A DNA stretch of 63,056 nucleotides, counting the filler, from Craspedostauros australis (taxonomy: Eukaryota): NCBI GenBank assembly GCA_030167865.1. It is 7 parts of 7 records of this genome, joined end to end, with 100 filler letters (N's around TTAATTAATTAA, not from the genome) between each part and the next. Parts side by side here need not be neighbours in the genome. Positions count along the whole stretch, not along the records: positions 31,742 to 40,387 come from JALAGF010006408.1; positions 40,488 to 43,652 come from JALAGF010006409.1; positions 43,753 to 53,487 come from JALAGF010006412.1; 4 more parts are not named here. One strand, 5' to 3'. Under the pieces are notes generated by a model. The model was given only the letters and a program-made list of their open reading frames with translations. It did not search any database and was not told where the DNA came from. Shown here piece by piece: positions 36,110-49,743 of the stretch (position 1 is its first letter; each line of letters opens with the position of its first letter). The translations under genes were made by a program, and so were the position numbers.

Positions 36110-39100
36110 CTGATGATGTCTGTCATTGTACATGTGCACAGATGCCAACACCCCCATGCTTGTGGTAGCTAGCGGAAACAATTCACTCTTTCATACAGAG
36201 AAGACTGGGATCACTGCACTTCACTGGCAGCATTCACTGGCGAATGTGGAATGATGGAATACATCCCATGAGTAGGTCCGTATGTCAAAAGAACAGAATC
36301 ACAGGCATCTGCTTGTTGCACAGATCCGAAGCATTGGGGTTGGATGACACATCGGTGATGAGGATGAGATCTCTGTCCACCCAATCACAGACCGCAAATG
36401 TGTGTATATCAATATGCCTGGAGTTCCTTGGCGGTTGGTTGGTGTTTGCCATCATTCTGGCACCTCGGTTGTCCTTGTAGATAAGTATGGCATGCTGTTG
36501 GCGCATGCTGATCTCGTCCAGGATGGACCGAAACCAGAGCACCATCTTGCCATTGTTGCTGGTGACAATGAACTCGGCTTTAGAGGTAATGAGAGAAACA
36601 GTGGGTTGGACGCAGGTTTTCCATGCAACAGCGGGGCTGCCAAGAAGCAACACAATGCCTCTGGTGGATTTACAATGCCTTGTATCGGCACCCCAATCAG
36701 CGTCCATGTATACATGTAGGAAAGTTGCCTGGATGGTTGGATGGTGACCTGGTCTGCCGGGCTGTGGCGCTTGTTGTTGGCAGGCAAGAGTTGTTTCAGT
36801 GCTGGCCCATCTGCAAGCTGTGGAACAGGAGACTGTCACCAGTAGGTGATCCTAAAGTCCCTGGTGGATGCAACATACCTGAAGAGGTATTTGACGGCTT
36901 TGTAGTGTACACGTGCAGGGTTCGTCAAGACTTGGCTCAGCTTCACCACAGGGAAGGAGATGTCAGGGTGACAGGAAACCATGGCCCAGATGAGCTTGTC
37001 AATGGCTCAGTGGTAGCTGAAGGACTTGGATTGCAGACCATAATACTTGGCTTCCATGTTGGGTAAGACTGCCTGATCCAATTGCCACACTTGTCCATTG
37101 TCTGTGCGCATGGGTAGGCGTTGTGTAGACTTCAATCCATGCCAATTGTGTCACTTGAGCACCTTGTTGGTGTATGTGGAGCAGTGCACATTCACATGTC
37201 GTCGGGCCTGAGTGAGATCCAGCCTAATGTAGTGTGCAAACAAACCGTACCAAGTGATGGGATAGTTCAGCCAAGCATCGAGCATGTCACAGAACTCCTC
37301 GTAAAAGGTCTCATCCCTGGTTGCCACCGCAAAGTTGTCCACCTGCCAGGGCATGTACGCATTGTGGGTGTGAAGGTTTCCAATGTGCAAACATGGTGCT
37401 TGAGTTGTTGCGTGAACCCCATGTCCTTTAGTAGCTGATTGGTATGTGGACTCCACTGTAGCGGTGCTTCAGGATGCCCTGTAGATTCTTGAGAACAGGC
37501 ACAACCATGTGTTGACCCAGAACAACGTCATGATTGTGCTTCCACTAGCTGTGAAACTGATCATCGATTTGCATGTAGTGATGTTGTGCGCTGGCAGGCG
37601 CTGTGGCGACTGCATTCGCGATGTCAGCTCCGTACACGAGCAGTCCTTGCACTTCAGTAATGGCCACCAAGATGCGGAACTCCGTGAGGTCAGGAGTAGC
37701 AGCGTATGTGTGACCAAATATGTGCACATTGCCTCCCCAGGTGGACCCGTCACAAATGGCACAAGCTTTTTACAGTTGCTCCCATGTGTCTTTACGACGC
37801 CAAACCAAACCCAGTTGAAGACTGCCGTGCCTGGTCGTGCCTCAATGGGCTTGCAGAACATGCCTTGGTGATGATATTGCTCCATTTTCTTGAGTTTGAC
37901 TTGTTGCTCCTCATCTCAATCATCGCGCTGGAGCAGTTTGCGCCAGGTGAGCTTTGGAGCAGCCTCCACTTGACATGCAGTTGGTGAGATGTGATCGAGG
38001 ATGGAGCCGATTTGTCCAAGTTGGTCAAAGTACATTTGTGGAACACCGTGCTGTGTGAGGGAGTTGCGAATATTGTTGAATACAAAGACCACGTTGCTCG
38101 CATCCAGTACAGCCTGGGTGAGATCCGGCAGCGAGCGGATATCATGGTCGCCGAAGGCCAGCAAGTAGGCACTCTTGAGCCAGGATCTCCACCGCAGAAT
38201 GCGCGCTGCAGTCGAGCTTGGCTTGCATTGTGTGAGATGCAGGTGCCCTCAGAGCTCATCAGACACAAATTCCAACCCTGGAGTTGGATAGTTTCTGGAG
38301 AGGCGGATGCGCTGTTGGAATGCCCTTTGGTAGGGATCCACAGTCATGCGCACGATGTAGGCACTGTCAACACCGTCAACAGAGCATGCTGCTGCAGTTG
38401 CACGGAGCATGTCATTGTCATGCGTACTGTAGTTGGCGCACTCGATAGGAAGGCGTATGACCATCCGTCTTGGCTTTCTCAGCACCTGAACCATGTATGC
38501 CATTGCCATCATGAGACAGTTGAAACCCAAGGTTGAGCAGAAGTTGTGGTCCTGGCAGACGTTCATGGACAGAGAAGTGGGCCTCATCAAAGATCAGGTT
38601 GCCAGCAGTCTTGATACGCCCCGAATCCAAGTTGAAATATTCCTGGAGCATGGGTGTGGCAGTATGACCAACAAAGATGCTGTCATAGGTGTGGATGTCC
38701 AGCTTTGCAGCAGGATGGCCAGGCTTGCACACAACCACTCTGGAACCAAGACTTGTAGGTGGTTCAGGTTGGGCTTGACGCCATGCGGAAGCTGGTATGA
38801 AGTGGTGTTAATGATGGAGTGCCAAAGCCTATTCTTGGCATACACTGCATGTGCAAGGGTACGAACCTGGAACTTGGGATGCAGGCCTGAGGAGTACATC
38901 AGCGATCTGGCCATCACACCAAAGGTGCGGTTGAGTCCCTCAACCTTGCCATTCATCTAAGCGCATCTGGCCCCAGTGGGTTCGAGAGTGTATCCCACAG
39001 ACCGGACGACCTCCTGGAAGGCACTCGATCATGCAAGCTCGCCACCAGTGTCGACCATCACTGCCTTGCAACCATACTTGCAACCAAACTCACAAAGCAG

Positions 39101-40240
39101 GTTGGCAAATATGTCCACAGGTGGGGATCTGGTCTTGGTAGGGGAACCCCTAAGTGTACCAAGTGCACGCATCAGTGACAAGAAAGTACGAGTGTACCCT
39201 TCAAGAGGCTGCACCACCTGTTCGACTTGGCAGAGTTGCGCGACGACTCCTGTCCGTACTGAAAATCGGACGACCACATGAAGCCGTAGTCAGCATGGAA
39301 TCTTGCGCCAGTGGAGGGGACAGGGCTGCCATCTTAAGGTCCTTGAGGATCTGTCTGACACTGGGCTTGGCTGCATGTAGCACAATGCTGCATTGGATGT
39401 GCACAGTGGCGAGGGGGCCTGGAATACCAGAACAGTGCATATGGAGCCACTTCATGTGCGACATACCAGCGCAGCCCAGGCACATATGCCAGAGCTCTGC
39501 GCTGAGTGCAGGCAGTGCACGCTGGACAGCGAACGCAGTCAGCTTGACATCATCATTGGTACTGAAGAAGTAGAGTCTGTTGCAACGACGCGTGGGCACA
39601 TCGATGGAACACCTGTGGCCATGGAAGGAGAGAACATACCCTGATGGACCGCCATGGAGCACATAGCACACAAAGTCATTGTCCTGCTGGCGAACAATGG
39701 CCTGCAACAAGACAAAGTCTCAGCCAGATCAGGGCAGAGCATTGTGTTGGCCTAAATCACTCCACTGCACAAGCTGGGAATGGTGAGAGTGCTTTCTCTC
39801 TGGCATACCATACAGGTCGCACTGGCATTGGCTGCAGCCAGTGGAAAAACATTGGTGTACCACTGATAGTCTTGGAGGATAGACCAGTCAGGCACAGCAC
39901 TGACATTTGCGCAAGGATATCATTCCCCCACATTGTCTATAGGGTTTCATGCATGCACCGTACTTCCAGAAGATGGGGCAAGTGAACAGCGCAAGTGTGA
40001 GCAACTACAAAGGTGGCCAGCTTTGACAGAGTGATCTCTGGAGGGACAGACTGTGTGAACGAGGGAACTTCATCAAGTGGATATCCTGCCCCATGTCCTG
40101 CTAGTGATTGGCGATAAAATATGCTGTTCGCCAAGGATTGCACTCGATCCTCACCAGCGGACCAAAATCGTGTTTGAGGGCATCCTGAATCGCATCAGAC
40201 AAGTCACTGTCACCATGGTTCCTGAAGTGCTGTAGAGCAT
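36110..40240 (-). mobile_element. Highly degenerate Ty1/copia element (pre-integrase, integrase, RT, RNase H)
   Basis: ELWHMCLG, VDTGGEL, NGKVEGLNRTFG, QVDNF, DADWGAD..KST and RHIDI motifs. PPT GGGGG (36151-36155) is followed by an LTR start TGTTGG at 36150. Many frameshifts. Confidence 0.88.
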
Positions 40241-40499
40241 GAGCTATTAGCTCAAACTAGTATTCCTATTAGTCGTGTTAAGATTTAGTCGAGTTAATCA
40301 AATGACCAACTGCTCAGAGTTTGAGCGGGATTGAAGCGTGACTCGATGTCGGTGGGATGGGGTCCCACCCTCGAATCGTGCTCTACTNNNNNNNNNNNNN
40401 NNNNNNNNNNNNNNNNNNNNNNNNNNNNNNNTTAATTAATTAANNNNNNNNNNNNNNNNNNNNNNNNNNNNNNNNNNNNNNNNNNNNGCAGCAGAATCG

Positions 40500-43400
40500 G
40501 TGGATGGGATGGCGATGTCAACGCCGATGCAAAGCCATCAACGTACGAGTGTTGCGATCACGTACCAGACGTTGATCTATGCAACGGCGCATCTCGTCAT
40601 TCAATTGAGACAGAAGATCCGCCAATGCGCGCCGCTTCCTTCATTCGACGAGAACATTCCATCCATCGGTTTGCCCATCGCCGTTGCCATGCCGGAAGGT
40701 CCGCTCCTGCCCCTCGTCATCCTCGCGGTGCATTGTCTCAATCATCCCTTCCGACTTGGGCAACGCGATGGCGCAGCGTACCACGGGCACGCGGTCATGA
40801 TTCCGATCGAGCCCAGCCAAGACGCGAAACAGAGGATCGCGCATATGATGGAGGATTCGAGGCCGTTGCTGGTGCTGTCCACGTCGCAAGGCGGTGCCGA
40901 CTATCAGATTCTCCGATCTATTGTTCATCGTGACGCTGGAAACAGCAATGGCAACGCAGCTGTCGAAGGGCGGATCAAATCAACTTCATCGGCACGTTAC
41001 ATGCCCGCCGAAAAATCACACCTCGTTGACTTGCATCAGTTATGCCAGAGTATACCGTCGATCAATTCAGACATGGAGCATCAGATCAATGATGTCTTTC
41101 GAGTTTATTTGGAATCCAACAAGAAAGGCAAGGCACGCGGCGATCAGATTTCTCTGAAGCTGGCGATCAACTTCCTTGCTGATACATGGGATGATTCAGA
41201 TCGAATGGACAGCAGCAGTGCGTCCACTATCTTGGCAGAAACGCATACGATACCGAACGACATCGCGTCTCGCAATCGGCTTTCGCATATGGTCTACACG
41301 TCCGGCACGACGGGATGGCCAAAGGGTTGCATGTCCTCCATCCAGTCGTTGGACAACTACCTGCGTGCCAAGAACGAAGCGCATTCTGTCACATCCGAAT
41401 CTACAGTTCTGCTGGCAAGTGCGCTGTCCTTCGATCCATGCATGTCCGATGTGTTGGCCACCTTCCTATGCCAAGCGACGCTGGCCATCGCGCCACGGTC
41501 AAGGCTCGTCAGTCACCTCTCACAGATCCTTCGGCAGCTGCACGTCACGCACTTGCTGTGCACGCCGACGTTGTTTCGTTTGGTCCAGGAGCCGCCCGCT
41601 GCGTTTCCGCAATTGAGGACGTTGGCGTTGGGCGGCGAACCCATTCCGGCATCTATCCGGCGTGTTTGGGGAGCGGGCGCAATGGCAACGAGCAAGACGG
41701 AATGTAAGCTGCTCGCCACGTACGGTGTGACGGAAGCATGCGTATATCAAACCATGGGAGAAGTGTGCCATTTGCCATCATTGCCAGCGTCTTTGTCTCA
41801 CGCTCAAGCCGTCACGAGCAATCAAGCGAAGGCTGCGAGGCGGGCCACCGGAAAAGGGTTCGTTGGACTACCGTTCCCAGGCATGCAAGTGCAGATGTGT
41901 GTGGAAGCAATTCAAGACAGAATCGTTGCCGTTGCGCAAGATGATGGTGGCGTTGCCAACGGCCCTGATAGATTCGGGGAGATTGTGCTTTCTGGCAACC
42001 AACTGGATGAATTCTCCGGATACTGGAATCGCGATGACTTGCATCACAAATTCATTTGCGAGACTCAATCTGCTGCAACGCGGTGCTTCTACCGAACAGG
42101 CGACAGGGGGTACATCGACCACGATGGCAGCATCCATGTGATGGGGCGAATCCAAGGCGAGGAAGGCATGATCAAGCATAATGGTGTTCGGATCGAGCTA
42201 AACGAGATCGCTGCGGCCATGGAGGAGTGGCCAGGCACGTCATCAAGCATCGTGCAAGGCTGCGTCGTCGTGGCGCGTACGGTTCCATTGCATCAAGGGT
42301 CCGAACAGAGCGGTGCTTCCCATGACGATGGAGATGGCGACATTGGCAGTGACGACGATACGAAGACAGAAATTCATGCCTACGTCGTGCTCACGGATTC
42401 CTGTCTCCGTAGCATGGGGGTTCGATTCGATTCATCAAGGAAGCAGCCGCCGGCCTATCTCATCAGTCCCAGCCCCCTCTGGACACTACTTCGCGCGGCA
42501 TGCCTGTCCAGGATCAAATCGGCATGTGTGCCGTCGAGCTTCGTGCTGATCTCCCAAATACCACTGTCACCAACGGGCAAGAGAGACAACCGGCAGTTAC
42601 CTCGGTTGCAGGACTGTCTCAAGTTTAACTTTGCCAAGCAAGCCAACAGCGGCATCGGAAACGATACTTGCGACGACGACGAGAACAGCGGTGACGATGA
42701 AGGGAGTACGCCACTGGCAGAATACGGCAACACGGGAAGGCTCGTCGCCGAACAAATCATCGAGTGTCTGAATCTGCAACAGTGCCAACAATCCATGCTC
42801 ACCATCGATGCCAGCTTTGGCATGCTCGGAGGAGACTCCCTGGCCGCGACGCGGATCACGCGTGCCCTGTACGCAATGCATCATAACATCAACAACACTC
42901 GGCATCTCGGTGGAGAATACGGAACATTGGAGGGACCCTTCAATGTTGTTCATATCCTTCGCGCGACGAAGCTGAAGCATTACATCGACATGCTGGATGA
43001 TCATAACGTTTGCAGCCACGCTTGGGATCATGAAAAGCAAAGTGGGACAGCTGATTCCGCGACCCAAACATCATTGCCGTCGCCAATGGCAACCACAGAC
43101 GTTGCATCGCCGCATGACGCCGAACAACAGCGACTGTACGACGCGCTGCTGCAGGCGTGNNNNNNNNNNNNNNNNNNNNNNNNNNNNNNNNNNNNNNNNN
43201 NNNNNNNNNAACATCAACAACACTCGGCATCTCGGTGGAGAATACGGAACATTGGAGGGACCCTTCAATGTTGTTCATATCCTTCGCGCGACGAAGCTGA
43301 AGCATTACATCGACATGCTNNNNNNNNNNNNNNNNNNNNNNNNNNNNNNNNNNNNNNNNNNNNNNNNNNNNNNNNNNNNNNNNNNNNNNNNNNNNNNNNN

Positions 43401-43652
43401 GCCGTCGCCAATGGCAACCACAGACGTTGCATCGCCGCATGACGCCGAACAACAGCGACTGTACGACGCGCTGCTGCAGGCGTGCACCTTGCAACAGACG
43501 GACGTCGCCATCGGACTGCTGCAGTTCGGCGCCGACCCCAACTGGGGTGCGCACGGTGGACGGTTGGGCAAGACCTCCGGCCGCATCGCGCAGAAGCAAA
43601 TCTTCCGATCCAGCCCCCTGCACCTGGCCGCGGCGAAGGGCGATGCGCGTCT
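40500..43652 (+). CDS. NRPS-like protein: adenylation domain, carrier (T) domain, ankyrin repeats; partial at both ends
   Basis: YTSGTTGWPKG, SFDP, YGVTE, YRTGDRG, IKHNGVRIEL and PLSPTGK motifs; phosphopantetheine site LGGDSL; then GADPN and SPLHLAAAKGD. 43210-43483 duplicates earlier sequence across N gaps. Confidence 0.88.
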
Positions 43653-44339
43653 NNNNNNNNNNNNNNNNNNNNNNNNNNNNNNNNNNNNNNNNNNNNTTAA
43701 TTAATTAANNNNNNNNNNNNNNNNNNNNNNNNNNNNNNNNNNNNNNNNNNNNTGCCCATTCATACAATGCGCTTGTTGAACATAGCTTGCGGCGAAATCA
43801 TCGCAACAAGGTGAGAGCAGTGCTGTGTTCCCTTCCGACATGGTCGCGGCCACTGGCCCTGTTTGGAGAGATGTTGATGAGAACAAGCAAATGTGGGGAT
43901 ACAATGGATGCAATGGTTACAATGGCTCTAATGGGCGCAATGGATCCCATGAGCGAGACTTTTGACATTCTGCTGCAGGGCTGTGACACGTTGAAACAGG
44001 CATGGGATGACAAGAGAGCGGATCGGCTCGTCCGAGTTGATGATGCTTCTGCTTGTTGTGTGAAAACGAAAGGCACATCGATGATTGGCGCGATCCTGCA
44101 TTGCCTTGGAGTACTCTGGTCGTCGAGTAATTAGAACAGCGCATGAAGACAGCATTGATACTGTGGTGCGTGTGAGTGTGTTGTTGTACGAGTAGGATGG
44201 AACAAGGGAGATGGTTGGGTGATTGTGATTGCGTGCTGCGGTTGATGAGAAGTATGGAATGTCTAGATTGTATGAGTATGGCTGGTCCATCAACAGCAAG
44301 CGAAAGCTGTCCACAGAACCTATCTGCATCACATCGCGA

Positions 44340-46410
44340 TTTCACACCGCTCCATACATTCTCATATCCTCGGAACAGCAGTATCCAGAACGGTCTTCTT
44401 CGCAACGCCCGTCTTGTCCATGATGAAGAAGGACACATCCCGGAACGTGACCAACGGTCCTCACGAGGCCTCCAGGTACCCCAGCAGACCAACCTTGGCC
44501 ATGATGCCCGTGATGTCCATGATGTCCATGATGCCTGTGGTGGTAGGCCATCGCTTGCCCTTGTATTCTGTCTTCAGGATGTCTTCGAGTCTGTCCCCAC
44601 CATTGGCTTGTTCATCGTGCTGCATGGTAGGCTGCTGAATGGCGTTGGCCAGACAGTAGGCGTCTTGGATGGCCCGATTGGTGCCCTGTCCAAGGAACAG
44701 AGGCATGGCGTGTGCCGCATCACCACAGACAGTCAGGATGGCGGCCCTATCCGCATCTACGCCTTTGCAAGTGCTTCCATTGCAGTTGCCGTTGCAGCTG
44801 CAGTTGCAGTCGCCGTTGCGGTTGCCAGTGGTGCCCATCATCACCTTGGTCCATCGCGCAAAGGGATTGTGGAAGTAGATCCCCAACTCGAAGAAACGAT
44901 CGGCATTGTCGATGAGTCGATCGGTGATAGGCCTTGTGGTGTGCGTGGGGATCTTGGCATCATCGATCTGCTGTCACATCTGTTGCTGGATGCGCTCGCC
45001 CTCGGATCATGCCTTCCAAGGGACGCTCTCGTCATCCTTGCTGGCGGTGGGCTGGGAGAAGGGGAAGGTGCTGCGGAAGATGATGAAGCGGCCTCTGGTA
45101 GTGTCACGCTTGATGCCGCTGTTGTAGTTGCCGTTGTCATAGTTGCCATTGTCGCAGTTGCTGGTGAGGCAGTAGGCGCCGTTGCCAAAGTGTTGCTGCA
45201 GGATGGAATCTTGTTCCATTGTGTTCATTCGGTCGCCGCTGCTGCTGCTACTACTACTACTGCTAATCCCGCTGTTATGCTCGCTGTCCTCTTTGGCGAC
45301 ATCCTGGATGGCGTACCGGATGCGGATGCCAGAGTGCACAGTCGCCGAACCTGCGTTGTTGCCTGCTGAAGACAGCACATTTCCATCACCATTGTCATCA
45401 CCATCACCGCTACCGTTGCCACCACCAGCGCCGTTGATGTACTACTTGACGGCACTATCGACACCATTCCAGCCCTCGACCATATCGTACNNNNNNNNNN
45501 NNNNNNNNNNNNNNNNNNNNNNNNNNNNNNNNNNNNNNNNTGGTAGTGTCACGCTTGATGCCGCTGTTGTAGTTGCCGTTGTCATAGTTGCCATTGTCGC
45601 AGTTGCTGGTGAGGCAGTAGGCGCCGTTGCCAAAGTGTTGCTGCAGGATGGAATCTTGTTCCATTGTGTTCATTCGGTCGCCGCTGCTGCTGCTACTACT
45701 ACTACTGCTAATCCCGCTGTTATGCTCGCTGTCCTCTTTGGCGACATCCTGGATGGCGTACCGGATGCGGATGCCAGAGTGCACAGTCGCCGAACCTGCG
45801 TTGTTGCCTGCTGAAGACAGCACATTTCCNNNNNNNNNNNNNNNNNNNNNNNNNNNNNNNNNNNNNNNNNNNNNNNNNNNNNNNNNNNNCTTGACGGCAC
45901 TATCGACACCATTCCAGCCCTCGACCATATCGTACCAGTACGGCCCTTCCCTCGTTCCATCTTCAAACGCGAGATGGATGGAATCTCGCTCCTCCGTCTT
46001 TTGACATGCCACATCCACCACCTGCTTGCTGAGATGCACGGGCGCCACCTCCAGCTCCTCCAATGGCGTTTCCTGCAGCTCCTCCTGCAGCGCCTCCTGT
46101 AAGGCTCCCCGCAGGATGGAGGTTGGTACGCCATGACTTCGCCATCATCCTGGATCAGCGCCTTCGTCGTGGCGTCACTCCGCATCCATGATCATCTGTC
46201 TGAGATTGAAGTGCAGCAGCTGGAGCTTCCCCTTGGATGAGATCCAGCTGGTGGTCTTGGATCGCACAGTCGTCAACAGCAGCGCGACATCGGCCACCGC
46301 GCGCTCTTTGCTGCACGCTACAGTGACGGATAGATCTGCTTCAGCACTGCCATGCCGCCGTTAAGCTGAGCGCCCGCACCTGCGATGACGTCCAATTCTG
46401 ATCTGGCATC
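44340..46410 (-). pseudogene. FAD-dependent monooxygenase pseudogene
   Basis: GAGAQLNGG followed by an in-frame TAG, a degenerate DG motif (DMVEGWNGVDSAVK) and CGDAAHAMPLFLGQGTNRAIQDAYCLA. Frameshifted; the N-terminal GxGxxG is absent. Confidence 0.8.
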
Positions 46411-46659
46411 GAAGCATTTCACATCAATGATGTGCACACAATGATGTGTGCAATGTTGTCTGCAGTGCTATTGTCATTGTCGTCATCAATGTCGCCGTCT
46501 CTCTCGTACTAATGTGGTCCAACGACAAAGGCCAACGATTCGTTTTGCTTGAATGGTCTCGGTCGTTTCTGTCCTGCGATCTGAACCTTCAACGTCAGCC
46601 GCACAAATGGCATGGTGCATTCATTGGATTACAACGAGTCGATGATATCCAATATGGCA

Positions 46660-47400
46660 GTCATCTCATTCTCTGCATTCAGCACCAACGGACAGCCACA
46701 AGCGATGGGTTCCACGATGCTGTGTCCCAGACTGCAAGCCAACTGCAAGCCGTTGTGAGAGCTGCTGGTGGCAAGCACCACTGCATTTGCTCGGATCGAA
46801 TCGTGCGGATCGTCTCCAGCGTGAAGGATGAAATCGCCATCATCGAGTGGATCCATTGCGGTCACTATCCAATTTGTGAGTACCTGGAATGTAGTGGATG
46901 TGTCACTATCCTCCACATCCTCGGTGCTGCCATCGGTATTGTCGGCACTGGTGTTCAGTCTTTCGGTCAACGCGTCACCCAGAGGTTGCGTCGATGCGCC
47001 AAAGGAGGAATCTGGATCAGCCCCGCATGTTGTCATGACAAGGACGATGGTCACGCCATCTTGCGTTGGTGTCTCCAACACCACATCAGGCACATGTCCC
47101 GCCAACCATTGCTGCTGCTGTCGTGGCTTCCATGTCTTCGCCAACAACCCCACAAGCTCCTGTCGACCACGTCGGAATCCTTCCTTGACTACTTCCGAAA
47201 CCTTCCTCAGAGGGTCTCAAGACATCATGCCTTAATCTTGGTTGGATCTCAGATTGCGAAGGATCGCTTCAGTTGACTCCAACAAAGCGATCCGTGTGCC
47301 TGTGGAGGTTGATGTGTTGCGCAACGCTGCAATGGCAGCAAGCGTCCTGGTTGTGCCACCACCGATGATCGCGGGATCCACATGTTGCTGGGAGAGGGGT
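46660..47400 (-). pseudogene. HI0933/BaiN-like flavoprotein fragment
   Basis: AIIGGG...AAIAA...IALLES, EGFRRGRQELVGLL and VVLATSSS..GLQLACSLGHSIVEP; internal stops; C-terminal half missing. Confidence 0.7.
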
Positions 47401-47639
47401 GTTGGTTGCGCCATTGTCATTGTTGCGGTTGCGGCTGTTGGCCTTGGCGTTGGAGTGTTGGACAATGTCTCTGCAGACGGGTGGCCGAACACCAGGAAGG
47501 GGAGAAGTGGCAGCAGTTCTGAAGAAATGGAATACCATGATGGTAGAGTATGGTACCGTAGTCCGATTGTCTGATGGTCTATTATTGCATACAGTCCTCA
47601 AAGGCATAATCGCACATGACCAGTGGTGAGATGGCTGGG

Positions 47640-48260
47640 CGCTCTCACTGTTGCTGTCGGTATTGGCCTTGGATTNNNNNNNNNNNNNNNNNNNNNNNNN
47701 NNNNNNNNNNNNNNNNNNNNNNNNNCTGTTGCTGTCGGTATTGGCCTTGGATTCTTCTCCTGGACGCACGAATGTTCCATCTCCACTCTCCATGCATTCC
47801 AGACCACTGGCCTGACAGTCGAGCTCGAAGACGGCTGCCACGCCGGTCTTGTCTGTGGCGTCAATATCATGCGTTGGCTCGTCGCCATTGGCAGTATTCT
47901 GGCCATCGCCATATCCGTCGATGGCAATGGTCTTGAGCTTGAGCTGCTGAGCGAAGTTGGCAAAGGGCTCCGTGCCCATCCGGATGATGCAGATGGATCC
48001 GTCGGTGCGATCGACGATGAGGACAGTTTCATTCATGCCTGGTTGGCTGAGAGCGGAGACGAAGATCTTCTGGCTGTCGTCACTTGCGACTTGCGGATCC
48101 AACGAGAATCCACGCACCTGGCAGCTGGCGTACTTCCGGTTCTGCCGCTCCTGGTCTGACACCTGCTGCAGTCGTTCGTGCAGAACCGTCGAGAAGGAAT
48201 GAGAGAAGCGCGACTAGTCCACCACGGGGAACATCTGGCTGTCGTCTTGGTCCATGCCTC
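47640..48260 (-). pseudogene. Unidentified coding-like fragment
   Basis: Globular-looking translation within ORF 47269-48162; no clear start and no family recognised. Confidence 0.35.
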
Positions 48261-49478
48261 CAGCATTGGGACTGGTGCTACTGCTGCTGCTGCTGTTACG
48301 ACTGCTGCTGCTGCTGCTGTTACGACTACTGCTATCATGTTCATCGTTCTTGTTCGTGTGGTCGTCGAAAAGACGGGAGGCCGAAGATCGAGAGAGAGCG
48401 TGGAAAAGCGGTGGTTTGGAGAGGTCGTGTTCTGTTCCAATGATACTTTGTATCGTCCATGCCTTGTTGTGTTGTTGAGTGATTCATTCCGTTGCTCTTC
48501 ACAAGGGTGAATCACATCTTGGTCGATGAAGCCGAGGCCAATAAATCTGAAGGTTCGCCATTTCAGAACGTGAGTTTGATGCGCTTGTTGTGTCTTGGAG
48601 TTCTCAAAAGTCAGTCCGGAGAGAACTCTCCAACAGAACGATGATGCTTTCTTGGTGTCAAACGTTCTCGCAAGTGCCTCCAAAGTGCCACTGTTCTTTT
48701 GTTCGATCCAACACACCAACTGTTCCGACGAACGTGTCTGTGTTGCCGCATCACAGAAAAAGTGATTTCTTTGGCGATTGATTCGTTCAAAGGCGAGGCC
48801 CACCAAATTCAGCGGTTTGTTCTGGTTGTGGATCTTGTTGAGTTGGTAACACTTGGTTGGAATTTGGCGGATGCCGACCGACAACCACAAATTACCACGA
48901 GTGAGGAAACCATTTCCTCGCACAACCAACACATCCAACACATCCAACACAACCAACGTGCGAGTAGCATCGTGAACATCGATGCACCCGATGATGAGGC
49001 CATGGTCGATCTCCGTGGAGGCACCTCCTCCATCAAACACTTCGTCTCGCGCCCATTGCACTATGCTCACACCGTCATGGCCCATCCAACCAACGAGGGC
49101 GACGACACCTCCAAGACGATCAGCAGCAGCCGCACCAGCAGCAGCCGAAGCCATCATGGATCGCCACACATGACACCCGACGTCTACTCCGGGAAAGGCA
49201 TCACCTGCGGACTCCGCCTACGGCTTCGATGGAGGATGCAGGCTCGTTGGCAACACCTCCTGCTGCCAACCACGCAAGCCTTCACACCAGCGGCTACGAC
49301 AAGAACAACTGCAGGAGTCATCAACCTCCGCCACCACCATCAACTTCCAACCACACAGGAACCGCTCATCGATCGTGAGGATTAGGAGTAGATCCCGTCG
49401 AAATTACCGACGCACGACCTCCCCCACATGCCCACCTCCGCTTTTCAGAAGCCAAACCGTCGGCTTCGCAGCACAAGC

Positions 49479-49511
<33 letters not shown>

Positions 49512-49743
49512 CGTGACGAGGAGGATGAAGAGGAGGAGGATCCAACCCATGCGACAACTGCTGCTGCTTCCGTCATTGAGCACGATGCCAATCATGTCCA
49601 ATGATCTTGCCCAGCCCAACTTTTCACCCAGCAAGTGCAATTGATGGTGAGTGCGATGGGAAATGCTGTGCGGGATGACCATGACGACAAGGACACACAA
49701 TCTGATGAGCATTGGCTCACACGAATGATGTTGTCCGAATCGG

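Noticed and set aside
42889..45900. Internal repeats in the NRPS-like gene and the monooxygenase
   Set aside because: Identical copies directly flank N gaps; assembly artefact.
23293..49511. (CT)n at ~23293, (GCT)n at ~48280 and (GAT)n at ~49480
   Set aside because: Ordinary microsatellites.
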